In this document: positions 1 to 9,533 of the stretch, piece by piece | Layout of the letters: the number at the start of each line of letters is the position of its first letter | Numbering within the stretch: the stretch's first letter is position 1 | Origin: a virus | Length of the DNA stretch: 64,000 bases | Direction: 5' to 3' (one strand) | IMG/VR virus record: IMGVR_UViG_3300008120_000241 | Coordinates: 12,843 to 76,842 of that record | The notes under the pieces: generated by a model | Told to the model about the DNA's origin: nothing | The model's input: the letters and a program-made list of their open reading frames with translations, nothing else | The model's database searches: none | Position numbers and translations under genes: made by a program

Positions 1-2
1 GG

Positions 3-449
3 AATAACAACAAGAATCAATTCCAAACTTATTTTCGTTCCATGTTGAAATTATTGAATTTGGCCTTAACTGATCCTGACTTTTCTTCAGATGTTACCCA
101 AAAGGTGATGTATAGATTATTATTTGGTTATAATGGAATTGGTAAACACGGGATTTCAACAAAACTTAAAACAACCGAATCAATTGGGTTGCCCGCAAAT
201 AAAAAAACAGATGACCATGTTTTTGGTGCCGTTGAGATTGGAAGGTTTATTAGGGAAGAATTTGAAAAACATAATTTGGATATTGATTATATGGTTGATG
301 TTTGGTTGTATGAACATCTTTTTTTGTGGTCTAAAATCAAAGTTTCCAAAAATGAACATCAAAAAGATAAAATTGAACGGAACAAACATTCCATTCAACA
401 AAAAATGAACCTGGAACATTATAAGGGTGTTTCAAAAATTGTTTTTTGA
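3..449 (+). CDS. Hypothetical protein, probably 5'-truncated by the window edge
   Basis: Frame is open from the window start to TGA at 447-449; first ATG at 42; no recognisable motif. Confidence 0.6.
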   Translation, partial: NNNKNQFQTYFRSMLKLLNLALTDPDFSSDVTQKVMYRLLFGYNGIGKHGISTKLKTTESIGLPANKKTDDHVFGAVEIGRFIREEFEKHNLDIDYMVDVWLYEHLFLWSKIKVSKNEHQKDKIERNKHSIQQKMNLEHYKGVSKIVF

Positions 450-451
450 TG

Positions 452-458
452 TATTTAT
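452..458 (+). promoter_or_regulatory. Representative putative late promoter TATTTAT (about 27 copies in window)
   Basis: Same heptamer precedes starts at 2123, 3805, 4448, 6496, 8262, 8971, 12173, 15036, 19042, 24362, 26000, 28205, 32788, 33592, 40647, 42372, 43395, 45450, 48816, 53868 (+) and 10134, 12143, 41845, 55523, 57659, 61872 (-). Confidence 0.75.
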
Positions 459-464
459 ATCTAT

Positions 465-1247
465 ATGAAAATCATTATTACAGAAGAACAATATAAAAAA
501 CTATTTGAAATAGATTATAGAAATCTTGATGACATTATAAAGTTTGGTGAGTTTTCTGAATATTTTAAAAAAGACGATTTAAAAAAAATTAATAAGTTTT
601 TACTTCTTATTAGAGATCTTGGCGTTGTTAATATGTTCCAAGCAGGTGATTTTCTTTTAATGTCAATTGATTATTTTAAAGACTTTATGAGACTGAAATC
701 ATATGAAAGGGATTTTGATGAAGATATAATTTCTGAAATTGAGGAGATATTACCTGATATTAAAAACATTATGGTAGGTGCTGGAATAAGTTATGTTGAA
801 AGTAAAGGTAATGAGATTACACCAAAAAGTGTTGGAAGAGCAATTAGAATGCTTACTTCAAGTATAATGAAATATTATATGTCACAAAATTTGCCAAATG
901 TTAATGAATCATATGATAAGGAAAAAAACTTTTTGAGAAATCATTTTGGTTTTGATTTTTCTGATAAAATCAAACTGATAACCTCAACTTATGATGTCCC
1001 AACTAGTTTTGATGTTTGTCTTAGCTCCCTTAGTACGAGTCTTTGGTTAAATTATTGGGGTCCGATGTTTCTTTTTGAGCTTGATGGTGTAAATTATCTT
1101 TATCAAGATAGAGGTGATTTTGAATTTTTTTTTGGTGACGATTGTGATACCTACACTGATAATGAAATTCCGGAACGACTCGGAATAGCCGAAATGGGAT
1201 TCAAATTTTCTGATATAATTGATATATATTTTGATGAACAAATGTAA
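465..1247 (+). CDS. Hypothetical late protein with MKIIITEEQYKKL leader
   Basis: 260-aa ORF; TATTTAT at 452-458; N-terminal leader shared with other ORFs. Confidence 0.75.
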   Translation: MKIIITEEQYKKLFEIDYRNLDDIIKFGEFSEYFKKDDLKKINKFLLLIRDLGVVNMFQAGDFLLMSIDYFKDFMRLKSYERDFDEDIISEIEEILPDIKNIMVGAGISYVESKGNEITPKSVGRAIRMLTSSIMKYYMSQNLPNVNESYDKEKNFLRNHFGFDFSDKIKLITSTYDVPTSFDVCLSSLSTSLWLNYWGPMFLFELDGVNYLYQDRGDFEFFFGDDCDTYTDNEIPERLGIAEMGFKFSDIIDIYFDEQM

Positions 1248-1255
1248 TTTTTTAT

Positions 1256-1263
1256 TATATTTG
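1256..1263 (+). promoter_or_regulatory. Representative host-type Bacteroidota -7 promoter element TAnnTTTG
   Basis: Also at 4137 (+) and 24330, 25391, about 25968, 29216, 31839 (-), all before non-structural genes. Confidence 0.65.
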
Positions 1264-1267
1264 TATT

Positions 1268-1495
1268 ATGAATTTTATTGAATCCGAAAAGTTTTTATTG
1301 AACTTGACTGTTGGTGAAGGTTATAATAATGTGACCGTTGTTAAAAGAACCCCCAATAGAATATATCTATCAAATGACAAAATTGTCCACATTAAGAAGG
1401 GAAATGGTTTTAAATACCTGGACGCAAAAGGTTTGTCAATTAAACAAATCCTAAGAGATATTGAAGGTTATTTGGTGTATTTAAAACATTGTTAA
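1268..1495 (+). CDS. Small hypothetical protein
   Basis: 75 aa; TATATTTG (Bacteroidota -7 type) 4 nt before ATG. Confidence 0.65.
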   Translation: MNFIESEKFLLNLTVGEGYNNVTVVKRTPNRIYLSNDKIVHIKKGNGFKYLDAKGLSIKQILRDIEGYLVYLKHC

Positions 1496-1578
1496 TGAAA
1501 CGTAAAATCCAATTTATTTTTTTGTGGTTATCTTATAAGTTACCAAAGAAAAAAAGAAAAACCATTTGGGAATTATAA
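1495..1578 (+). CDS. Putative 27-aa basic/hydrophobic microprotein MKRKIQFIFLWLSYKLPKKKRKTIWEL
   Basis: ATG overlaps the upstream stop (TAATG), fills the gap; not in the ORF track. Confidence 0.4.
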   Translation: MKRKIQFIFLWLSYKLPKKKRKTIWEL

Positions 1579-1600
1579 AAATAATTCGTATTATTGTTTT

Positions 1601-2119
1601 ATGTGCAATAATTTCCCATCCCCAAACTATCAACTAAAGGTAAGTTACCCATTTTCATATTTAAAATATCCACATCAACATTATTTTAGATTGATTGAGG
1701 ATTTTATGTCTTTTATGTATGATGGGATTGATTTTAGAGTTATACCACATAGAGAAGGTTATGATATTTTTATTTTAAATGTAAATCCCTATAAAGAATA
1801 CAACCCATTTAATTTTGATCCAAGTTATAGAGTAAAGACGGAAGGAGGTTTTACGCACATACATCAATTTGAATTATTTAAAACCTTTTATGGGTACATT
1901 CCGGACATTGTCCCGTATTTAAATTTTAAACTTGCGGCACATCCAAGTTGTTTTAATATGGGAGGAGTTAAATTTGACCATAATGGTGTATTTGAAGAGT
2001 TTAATTTAAAAGAATATTACTTTAGAGAAGAAGGTTCTAGACAATATTACAGTAATGAAAGAATGTCTGAGTATGAACCAATAGGTAATATGGTTAGATA
2101 TGACGAATTTACTTGGTAG
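1601..2119 (+). CDS. Hypothetical protein
   Basis: 172-aa ORF; TATTATTG 4 nt before ATG. Confidence 0.6.
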   Translation: MCNNFPSPNYQLKVSYPFSYLKYPHQHYFRLIEDFMSFMYDGIDFRVIPHREGYDIFILNVNPYKEYNPFNFDPSYRVKTEGGFTHIHQFELFKTFYGYIPDIVPYLNFKLAAHPSCFNMGGVKFDHNGVFEEFNLKEYYFREEGSRQYYSNERMSEYEPIGNMVRYDEFTW

Positions 2120-2133
2120 TTATATTTATCATT

Positions 2134-2829
2134 ATGGATGAAAAGATAATCAAAATATATTATGAAACTTTTTTGGAAGACGAATATGATTTTAATGGAA
2201 TTATATTGACCCCATACCTTAATAGAGAAGAAGATAGAATTGATTGGGAGGTAGATAACCCACAAAAAGTATCAGTTTCTAAATCAAGAATTATAGATTA
2301 CATCCATGATCTTTTTTATGATTTTTGTCAGTATGTTGGTTCGGGACTAAAAGGTCAAAGAGTAATTTATGATTCTTTACAAAGAGCAGCAACAAATTTA
2401 TCTCCAACATTTAACTTTCCAGGTGGTGATGTTTTTTTAAATCAAAAAGATAAAATTAAACTTTTATTAATTTTAACTGGTATAAAACAAATTGTTTATA
2501 CCACAACAGAAGGTAATAAATATATTTTTGATATTGAAATTGATGATTTTAGATTTGATAATAGATATGCTGAAGAATTTTATTGTGGATTTGATGTTAA
2601 ATTTTTATTAGGGACAAAAAATGGTGAAGAAATAGGTGATAGTGAGATGAGTGAATGTGTTAGTGATGTTTTTAGAGAAGATGAATTTATTGATTATCAA
2701 AATGGTTTAATGTTACCATTTTGGGGACCAATAATTAATAACCCTCTTTTATTTGAACTTAGAGAAACTTATTATTCTAATGATTTTCTTCCGTATGATA
2801 AAAATGGAAATAAAATTGATTTTTATTAA
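2134..2829 (+). CDS. Hypothetical protein
   Basis: Start moved to ATG 2134 (MDEKII), 4 nt after TATTTAT. Confidence 0.7.
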   Translation: MDEKIIKIYYETFLEDEYDFNGIILTPYLNREEDRIDWEVDNPQKVSVSKSRIIDYIHDLFYDFCQYVGSGLKGQRVIYDSLQRAATNLSPTFNFPGGDVFLNQKDKIKLLLILTGIKQIVYTTTEGNKYIFDIEIDDFRFDNRYAEEFYCGFDVKFLLGTKNGEEIGDSEMSECVSDVFREDEFIDYQNGLMLPFWGPIINNPLLFELRETYYSNDFLPYDKNGNKIDFY

Positions 2830-3266
2830 TGTTTACAGAAAAAGAAATAGAAAAAATTAATAGGTTTTTATCTGACCAAACTTTTGAGTGTTCATCGACA
2901 CTTATTGGTGGTAGAGACATGCCATATTTTAATTTTAATTTTGAGTATCAGTTTGCAATTACAGGTATTAAACAAATGATCTCTGTTGGTGAGTGGTATG
3001 ATAATGTAAAGGTATATGTTGAAATAATTGATATTGAAGATAAGTTCAAAAAATTCTACGGTATTTTAGGTAAACACTACAATAAAGAAGAACTAACAAA
3101 TATATTTTTCAAAAAGGAATACGTTTTTACACATAGATTAAATGAATGTATAAGTGATACGTTAAAATATTTCACCTCTGATGAATTTGTTAGAATTTAT
3201 TTTGACAATATCATTATGTCAGACAATTTATATGAAACGATAAAAAATACTGAAGATACGGCTTAG
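2829..3266 (+). CDS. Hypothetical protein
   Basis: 145 aa, TAATG-coupled to previous ORF. Confidence 0.7.
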   Translation: MFTEKEIEKINRFLSDQTFECSSTLIGGRDMPYFNFNFEYQFAITGIKQMISVGEWYDNVKVYVEIIDIEDKFKKFYGILGKHYNKEELTNIFFKKEYVFTHRLNECISDTLKYFTSDEFVRIYFDNIIMSDNLYETIKNTEDTA

Positions 3267-3331
3267 GACCGATATTGCTATGGCAATATGAACCCCCATA
3301 AGTGTCGCTACCTGTGGGGGTTTTTGTTTTT
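3254..3331 (+). terminator. Triple-hairpin element ending in an intrinsic, probably bidirectional terminator
   Basis: CGG-CTTAGGA-CCG, ATATTGC-TATG-GCAATAT and AACCCCCATAAG...CTGTGGGGGTT followed by a T-tract, between convergent genes. Confidence 0.6.
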
Positions 3332-3755
3332 AGTTGATTTCAACAACTTCTAGATCAAAAACCAATCTTTGACCTGCCAGAGGATGATTGGCATCCAATA
3401 CCACACTCTCTTCTTTCACTTCTTTTACGATGAAATTAATCGGACCCATTTGTGTTTCAGCTTGGAGAGTAATCCCAACCTCAACTTCACCTGGCATCTT
3501 GTCTTTTGAAACTTCTTCAACCATATAATCATTGTACGGACCATAAGCCTCATCCACTTCAATGGTAATTGTTTTTTTCTCACCTTCAACCATATCAATT
3601 AAACCTGATTCAAAACCTTTAATTAATTGACCTTGACCCAATGTTGCAACCAACGGTTCCCTTCCTTCAACCAAAGACGAATCAAAAATATTTCCATCTT
3701 CCAATTTTCCTGTGTAATTAACAGTCACAGTGCTGTTTGCTTCTACTTTTTTCAT
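3330..3755 (-). CDS. FKBP-type peptidyl-prolyl cis-trans isomerase (SlyD/FkpB-like)
   Basis: VNYTGKLEDG-FDSS, GQGQLIKGFE, AYG, LDANHPLAGQRLVFDLEVV motifs. Confidence 0.92.
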   Translation of the reverse strand: MKKVEANSTVTVNYTGKLEDGNIFDSSLVEGREPLVATLGQGQLIKGFESGLIDMVEGEKKTITIEVDEAYGPYNDYMVEEVSKDKMPGEVEVGITLQAETQMGPINFIVKEVKEESVVLDANHPLAGQRLVFDLEVVEIN

Positions 3756-3820
3756 ATTAATATTTTTTTTATAATGGTAAGAAATTTTTAATTGGTTGTA
3801 AAACTATTTATAGAAAAAAG

Positions 3821-4132
3821 ATGATGAAATCAAGAAAAACAAAACTTATATCAGAAACCAATACCTTACTTGAAAAAAGATATTTGGAAAAAAAGTTTTT
3901 AATGGAACAAGAAGATAAGGAAATTCCAAAACTTCAAGTTATGCCAATTAAAAGAAAAATTGGAAAATATAAAATATCTTTGTTTCAAAAAAAGAAAAAT
4001 GAAAATTTGACGGATATAATGACACCCGAACTTTTAAATAAATTAAATTTAAAAAAGGAATATGCCAATCAAGAATCTGCCATTTTGGATATTGAAAAAA
4101 TTAATCCTTCAGACCTTGAAAATATAATTTAA
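3821..4132 (+). CDS. Hypothetical late protein with leader (ISETN..LEKRYL..LMEQ)
   Basis: 103 aa; TATTTAT at 3805-3811. Confidence 0.65.
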   Translation: MMKSRKTKLISETNTLLEKRYLEKKFLMEQEDKEIPKLQVMPIKRKIGKYKISLFQKKKNENLTDIMTPELLNKLNLKKEYANQESAILDIEKINPSDLENII

Positions 4133-4148
4133 TTCGTATATTTGCATT

Positions 4149-4445
4149 ATGGAAAATTTGGAGAAGCTGGACTTACCGGAAATTAAATCATTGTGCAAAA
4201 AATATAACATCGGAATTGTTGGAGAAAAAAAAGACCTCATCAAAAAACTCAATTATTTTTTGGACCCAATTGATGATGTTTTAAATGTTCACCCCGGAAG
4301 AAAAATACAACCGGATAAAAAAATTGTCGGTGTTAAAATATCCGAAAAAGATAAGTTAAATCAGATTTTAAAAAACAAGGGAACCTTTTTATATTATTCA
4401 TTGGGTTATCAATATTATGTGGTTGATAAACAATTGGAAGTTTGA
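4149..4445 (+). CDS. SAP-domain-like putative nucleic-acid-binding protein
   Basis: LEKLDLPEIKSLCKKYNIGIVGEKKDLIKKL fits the SAP helix-loop-helix pattern; TATATTTG 4 nt before ATG. Confidence 0.55.
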   Translation: MENLEKLDLPEIKSLCKKYNIGIVGEKKDLIKKLNYFLDPIDDVLNVHPGRKIQPDKKIVGVKISEKDKLNQILKNKGTFLYYSLGYQYYVVDKQLEV

Positions 4446-4460
4446 AGTATTTATAGTATT

Positions 4461-4940
4461 ATGCGAGATTTTTCAACAATGTTTAATCAGAATGTTTTAA
4501 GATTAATTCTAGAACAACTCAATGAGGCTTTTGATAATAGTAGATATGATGTGAATACGGATTATGTTCAACCAATTTATGAGACAATTCAAAATGTGGT
4601 TTCGTATTTTGGTGTTGATGATTTAACTTGGGATGAAGGTACGTTTTTTTGTGAACTGGTTAGGTCTAATCCGGATTATGAAACTGAACCAATTAAGGTA
4701 CCTAGTCTTTCAACCTACGCCGTAGATGTGGACGTAAGGGTTGTTGAGTGGGTTAATGAAACTTATATACATAAAGTACAAAGTTATTTTCCAGAAGAAC
4801 TTGATTCAGTAAAAGACCAATTAATGAATGCATATGGTTATGCTTATTGGGAAGGTGAAAGAACACATAGAGAAGTATATGAAGCTGAGACTCAAAATGA
4901 AGAAGTTAATTATATTGAAAAAATTGAGGATGAGGAATAA
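4461..4940 (+). CDS. Hypothetical acidic protein
   Basis: 159 aa; TATTTAT at 4448-4454. Confidence 0.7.
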   Translation: MRDFSTMFNQNVLRLILEQLNEAFDNSRYDVNTDYVQPIYETIQNVVSYFGVDDLTWDEGTFFCELVRSNPDYETEPIKVPSLSTYAVDVDVRVVEWVNETYIHKVQSYFPEELDSVKDQLMNAYGYAYWEGERTHREVYEAETQNEEVNYIEKIEDEE

Positions 4941-6465
4941 AATTACTATATCAGAAAGTGATAGGCAAAGTATTTTGTCTATGTATAATCTTATAACAGA
5001 AAGTATAAGAGAAATAACAATTTCTGGTGTGGTTAAAGATGAGGTTGGTAATCCGTTGAATGGTAGTAAGGTTGAGTTTTTGGATCAAAATGATAAATTG
5101 TTGAAAGGTACAATTTCTGATGATGATGGTAACTACGTTTTATTATTAAATTCAAATAACGGTGATTTCAAATTAAGAATAAGTAATAACAATTTAGGTT
5201 ATCCTGCTTCAGTTTTTAATATAGAAGTTAAGGAAGGTCAAAATAACTACAAATTAGACGTTGATTTAAAATCAAAAGAAAGGAAAGAGGTTGTTGTGAC
5301 AAAAAAAATTCAAGAAGTTTCTGGTAAAATTTACGATAAAGATGGTTTAATTGTAAATGGTGTAAAAATAACAGCGGCATCGGATATTGAAACTAAAATT
5401 ATAGAACAACAAGAAGATGGTAGTTATATTTTTAGATCACCAAAACCAATTAAATCGGTTACTTTAAAATTTGAAAAAGAAGACTTTATCCCGGTTACTA
5501 AAGAATTTGATTTTACAGATGAAAATAAAAAAATCTTTGATGTAAAATTATTAAAAGTGACAATGTTGAATCTAAAAGTAATTGATTCAATAACAAAGAA
5601 CCCAGTCAAAGGTGTTAACGTTATTTTTCTTGGATTAAAACAAAAATACGTAACCAATGAAAAAGGTTTAGTGACAATAAAAAATATTGAAACCAGAAAA
5701 GAAAAAATAAAATTACAATTAACAAATTACCTAACAAAAGTTGATACAATTACAATTAAAGATGGTGAGAATAACATAGTTGTTCCTTTTGATAAATTTG
5801 GTTCACCGGCAGAAAGGATTGATGATTACAAGGATAACTTATTTACAATTTATGGAAGGTCAAGAAGTGATTTATCATTTAAAGAGGCACTTAAAGATGC
5901 TAAACTTGAGATTGTAAATAAGTACTTGGAAAAAAATAAAAGAACTTATAAAAATATACCAGAATTCAAAAATGTTGATTTAGATATCAAATATGAACTT
6001 GTTTATCAAAAACCAAAAAAGTCGGATGAGGATGAAAATTTTGTAATTGTTAAAGCAAGTAAAAAAGATATTAAAGATTTTATTAAAGATTTTTCATCAA
6101 AAAATAACATTAAGATTGAAGCTGAACCATTAACTTGGGAAGAAGATAATCTTGAGTCCTTAATAATTGAGGCCTATAGACAAAATAAAAATGTTTTTAT
6201 TGTTTATGGGTTAATGAGTGACGAACAGACCGTTAAAATGATTGAAGGAATTAATAAAAACACTTCTTTAGTTAATGATATCAATAAAAAGAGTAAATTG
6301 ATCTACGTCCCTAATTCAGATAAAAATGAAAATAAAAACTTTTTAATTCAAAAGGATATTGACGTAAGTAGTTACCCTAGAATGATCGTTTTAAAACCAA
6401 CGGACTTAAAAGGTAATTTTACAGTGTCCTATAATAAACCATATAGTCAAATAGTTAGTAAATAA
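4930..6465 (+). CDS. Protein with tandem carboxypeptidase-regulatory-like beta-sandwich domains
   Basis: Three repeats of ISGVVKD..GNPLNG / VSGKIYD..G..VNG / VIDSITKNPVKGVNV..TNEKG; leader ITISESDRQSILSMY; start at ATG 4930. Confidence 0.7.
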   Translation: MRNKITISESDRQSILSMYNLITESIREITISGVVKDEVGNPLNGSKVEFLDQNDKLLKGTISDDDGNYVLLLNSNNGDFKLRISNNNLGYPASVFNIEVKEGQNNYKLDVDLKSKERKEVVVTKKIQEVSGKIYDKDGLIVNGVKITAASDIETKIIEQQEDGSYIFRSPKPIKSVTLKFEKEDFIPVTKEFDFTDENKKIFDVKLLKVTMLNLKVIDSITKNPVKGVNVIFLGLKQKYVTNEKGLVTIKNIETRKEKIKLQLTNYLTKVDTITIKDGENNIVVPFDKFGSPAERIDDYKDNLFTIYGRSRSDLSFKEALKDAKLEIVNKYLEKNKRTYKNIPEFKNVDLDIKYELVYQKPKKSDEDENFVIVKASKKDIKDFIKDFSSKNNIKIEAEPLTWEEDNLESLIIEAYRQNKNVFIVYGLMSDEQTVKMIEGINKNTSLVNDINKKSKLIYVPNSDKNENKNFLIQKDIDVSSYPRMIVLKPTDLKGNFTVSYNKPYSQIVSK

Positions 6466-6515
6466 ATAATTTTGATTTAAAACAAAATAAACGTATATTT
6501 ATAAATAAAAAAATT

Positions 6516-6977
6516 ATGAACAAGAAAGTAATAAATGAGATTAACCAAATGAAGTTTTTGTTTGGTTATAAGCCAGGTAAAGTGATATCTGAACAAGATT
6601 TACCAGAAATGGATCTTGAGGAAATGGAAGTAGAAGAAATTGATACTGATGAAAAATTGGATGAGGAAAATGTTGAAGAAGGTACTGAAATGGAAGCGAA
6701 CGAAGATTTTGATGTAATGGATTTTGAAGATATTGAAATGTCCCCAGAAGTCGCTCCAGCTCCGACAAGAGAAAGAGAAAAAACAAGGGAAAAGGAAAGA
6801 GAAGACAAACCTTTTAGACCAAGTAAACCAGACAGACGTAAATTACCATATGAAGATCCAGACACTAGACCACAAGGTAGAAAAAAGATGATGTCTAGAT
6901 TTGATTCTGAAATGGATGAAAACATCTACGAAATTGAAATTGATACGGATATTGAAGAATTATTCAAAAAAAAATAA
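6516..6977 (+). CDS. Acidic low-complexity late protein with leader
   Basis: INEINQMKFL..VISEQ leader then E/D-rich tract; TATTTAT at 6496-6502. Confidence 0.7.
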   Translation: MNKKVINEINQMKFLFGYKPGKVISEQDLPEMDLEEMEVEEIDTDEKLDEENVEEGTEMEANEDFDVMDFEDIEMSPEVAPAPTREREKTREKEREDKPFRPSKPDRRKLPYEDPDTRPQGRKKMMSRFDSEMDENIYEIEIDTDIEELFKKK

Positions 6978-6980
6978 ATA

Positions 6981-7982
6981 ATGAATAGAAAAAGATTATT
7001 TTTAGAAGCACCGATTGGTGATTACTTACCTGATGAATTTAAACAAAGGGCAAAGGATTCCAGTAGTAGATTATATAACGACCCACAAAATCCAGCACCT
7101 AGTAGTAATGAAGTTGCGTCAATTATGATGACACTTCCGGGTATGGAAGGTTCTAAAAGGAATCAATTGAAAGATTTAGCTATTAAGTATTTTTATCAAT
7201 TAAGACCTTGGGTTAAAACATTAGTTGACGAGGGTAGAATTGAACTTAAAGTGAATTTAGGTGGTATGTCTGGTGGTAGACACAAATCTCAAATCGTTTC
7301 CCCTTCTAAAATTACAAAAGCGAAAGAACAAGATCCGAATTTTGACGAAAAAGTTAAAAAAAGAAACTTTACAAATGCCAGAGTACAAGGAAAGGCTTGG
7401 CTTGATGGTTTTGGTGCTATTAAAAAAATGGAATCCGATATAAAATCAATTGATTCTAACCTTTATAATCAATATATGAAGTTCGTTAATGGTGCTTCAA
7501 GATTTTACTGGGAAAATAGTGATATGTTAGAAAGGATGGCTTCCACCGGTGCTGGAAGAGTCGCTTATTGTGATGTTTATCCGAGTAATGAGAACCCAGG
7601 TACTTGGGTTATTGAAGCCGGAGCACCACATTTACCATTATTGATGCACGAATTAATAAAGGGTGCGGAATATTACGAAAGTTTATTTTCTTTACCATCA
7701 AATAAAGAAATTGGTGACACAATTATAGATGTTGCTGACACACACAAACACGAAATTCAAAATATGAATTATGGTAGATTCTTAATCAGTAAAATCAGAT
7801 ACTTTTTGGAGGAAATGGTTGATGGGTATGAACCAAGTATGGAATCTGATATTTTTATGATGATTGAAAGCTTACCAGAAACTGAATATAATAAATTCAT
7901 GGATGGAATTGTTAAAGATGATAATAAAATCATTGGGCAATTCATAAAATTCTGTGAAGATGCTGTAAATGAACTAAAATGA
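6981..7982 (+). CDS. Hypothetical protein
   Basis: 333-aa ORF in operon. Confidence 0.75.
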   Translation: MNRKRLFLEAPIGDYLPDEFKQRAKDSSSRLYNDPQNPAPSSNEVASIMMTLPGMEGSKRNQLKDLAIKYFYQLRPWVKTLVDEGRIELKVNLGGMSGGRHKSQIVSPSKITKAKEQDPNFDEKVKKRNFTNARVQGKAWLDGFGAIKKMESDIKSIDSNLYNQYMKFVNGASRFYWENSDMLERMASTGAGRVAYCDVYPSNENPGTWVIEAGAPHLPLLMHELIKGAEYYESLFSLPSNKEIGDTIIDVADTHKHEIQNMNYGRFLISKIRYFLEEMVDGYEPSMESDIFMMIESLPETEYNKFMDGIVKDDNKIIGQFIKFCEDAVNELK

Positions 7983-8245
7983 AAAACTTAACAGAACAAG
8001 ATATTACTAGAATTGTACAAAAAATCATTAATGAAGATGTTTCAAAGGATAAAATGATTGAGATATTGGATGATGTGGCAAATCGTCTTAGAGAGCATGG
8101 TATGAAATACTACAGAGAACTTAATTCTTTGAATTTTCAATACCCAGCTGAGAAATATAAACGAGTTCCACCTTTAAAAAGAGGTGATGTTGAGTTACCT
8201 AAAGGTGTTAAAGTTTCAAAATCAATATTTCCAGACGAAATTTAA
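7979..8245 (+). CDS. Small protein with MKNLTEQDITRIVQKIINE leader
   Basis: ATGA overlap with previous ORF; leader motif. Confidence 0.7.
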   Translation: MKNLTEQDITRIVQKIINEDVSKDKMIEILDDVANRLREHGMKYYRELNSLNFQYPAEKYKRVPPLKRGDVELPKGVKVSKSIFPDEI

Positions 8246-8273
8246 TATTTTTACCATATAATATTTATTATTA

Positions 8274-8936
8274 ATGGAACCAACACAAGTTAAACAACTT
8301 TTTATTGATCTATTTGGAAAAAAACTAGAAATCTACGGACTTTTTGTTGAATTATTTGAAGTTGAATTAATAAGTACCAATAATCAAAGAAAATTTTATA
8401 ATTTTAACTTCAAAATTACAAACCCAAATGACGTTTCTTACTATTCTCTACCATTTGACTGGGAAATTGATGAGATGTTAAAAGATTTTAGTAAATATGT
8501 TGACGTTAGTACTAGGTCAAACGTATTTTTAGATATAAATCAAGGTAAGTTATATTTCAATAAAGAAAAAACTAAAGAAATTGAGAACGCATTCAAGAAG
8601 ATTGACAAAATAAAGTTTACTTTAAGGTCAAATATATTGAGTAAAGACCTTTATGAAGTAAAAATTGAGTCTGTTGGGTACAAAAAATACTATCAACATG
8701 AGCACATTCAGTTGGTAAATGTCATTAAACCAGTAAGTGCGACTAAAAATGGTGAATCATATGATGTTGATAAGGTTATATTGAAATATTATGAAGAATT
8801 TTTACCACAAGAAGAGACTTATTGGGAATCTGAAAACCTTTATCTACATTTAGATCAAATTTTAACATCTATCCCTTCAATCGGCGGTTATGATGTTATA
8901 GTCTTGGAGTACACCACAAAACTATTTCGTAAATAA
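8274..8936 (+). CDS. Hypothetical protein
   Basis: 220 aa; TATTTAT 5 nt before ATG. Confidence 0.7.
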   Translation: MEPTQVKQLFIDLFGKKLEIYGLFVELFEVELISTNNQRKFYNFNFKITNPNDVSYYSLPFDWEIDEMLKDFSKYVDVSTRSNVFLDINQGKLYFNKEKTKEIENAFKKIDKIKFTLRSNILSKDLYEVKIESVGYKKYYQHEHIQLVNVIKPVSATKNGESYDVDKVILKYYEEFLPQEETYWESENLYLHLDQILTSIPSIGGYDVIVLEYTTKLFRK

Positions 8937-8981
8937 TTTAATATTTTAGCTAAAAATCAATGTTTAAAACTATTTATTTAT

Positions 8982-9533
8982 ATGAAAATACTAATTACTG
9001 AGTCACAATACCAAAAATTAATGGAAAATATCCAAGTTATTGATGATATTTTAGATAAAATGAACGAAATAGGTTACGAAAACCTTGAAAATAACGAGAA
9101 AATCACTCTAAATAAGTACTCAGAATGGTTAAATTCGGGTAAAAAAGGCGATTTTATGGACGAAATAACACCAAAAAATGTTGATTTTGAACAAAAAATG
9201 GGTGATAAATGGACTAGAACACTAGAGGATGGTAGTGAGTTAACCTTCCAATTTGATTACGAAGAAATTGAAAAAGACGTTGATTTATATTTTGGTGTAA
9301 TTTATTGGAATAATAAACAATGGATTGGGTGTGTTGTAACCGAAAAAGATGGGTCAGTATCACTTTTAGACTTTGTTGAGGATACCGAAGAGTTCCAAAC
9401 ATACAAATCTGGTGACACTTCGTTTGAGTATGACAAATCAAAAGACATTTATTTGGGTGATTCTCTTGGTGATTTATATGATGAGGTGTATTATTTTTTT
9501 GAAGAGATAGTTATTCCAGAATTAGTTGATTAA
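8982..9533 (+). CDS. Hypothetical late protein with MKILITESQYQKL leader
   Basis: 183 aa; TATTTAT 4 nt before ATG. Confidence 0.72.
   Translation: MKILITESQYQKLMENIQVIDDILDKMNEIGYENLENNEKITLNKYSEWLNSGKKGDFMDEITPKNVDFEQKMGDKWTRTLEDGSELTFQFDYEEIEKDVDLYFGVIYWNNKQWIGCVVTEKDGSVSLLDFVEDTEEFQTYKSGDTSFEYDKSKDIYLGDSLGDLYDEVYYFFEEIVIPELVD

Noticed and set aside
3256-3270. Reverse strand CGGTCCTAAGCCG resembles a twister ribozyme loop
   Set aside because: I could not find the flanking stems or pseudoknot partners required for twister
4828-4929. Longest-ORF upstream starts (4828, 2113, 10154, 10357, 19035, 28205, 43354, 49558, 51378)
   Set aside because: Downstream ATGs fit the promoter motifs and leaders better and avoid overlaps
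6981-7982. LLMHELIKG as a metalloprotease motif
   Set aside because: Second His of HExxH is absent; no function assigned
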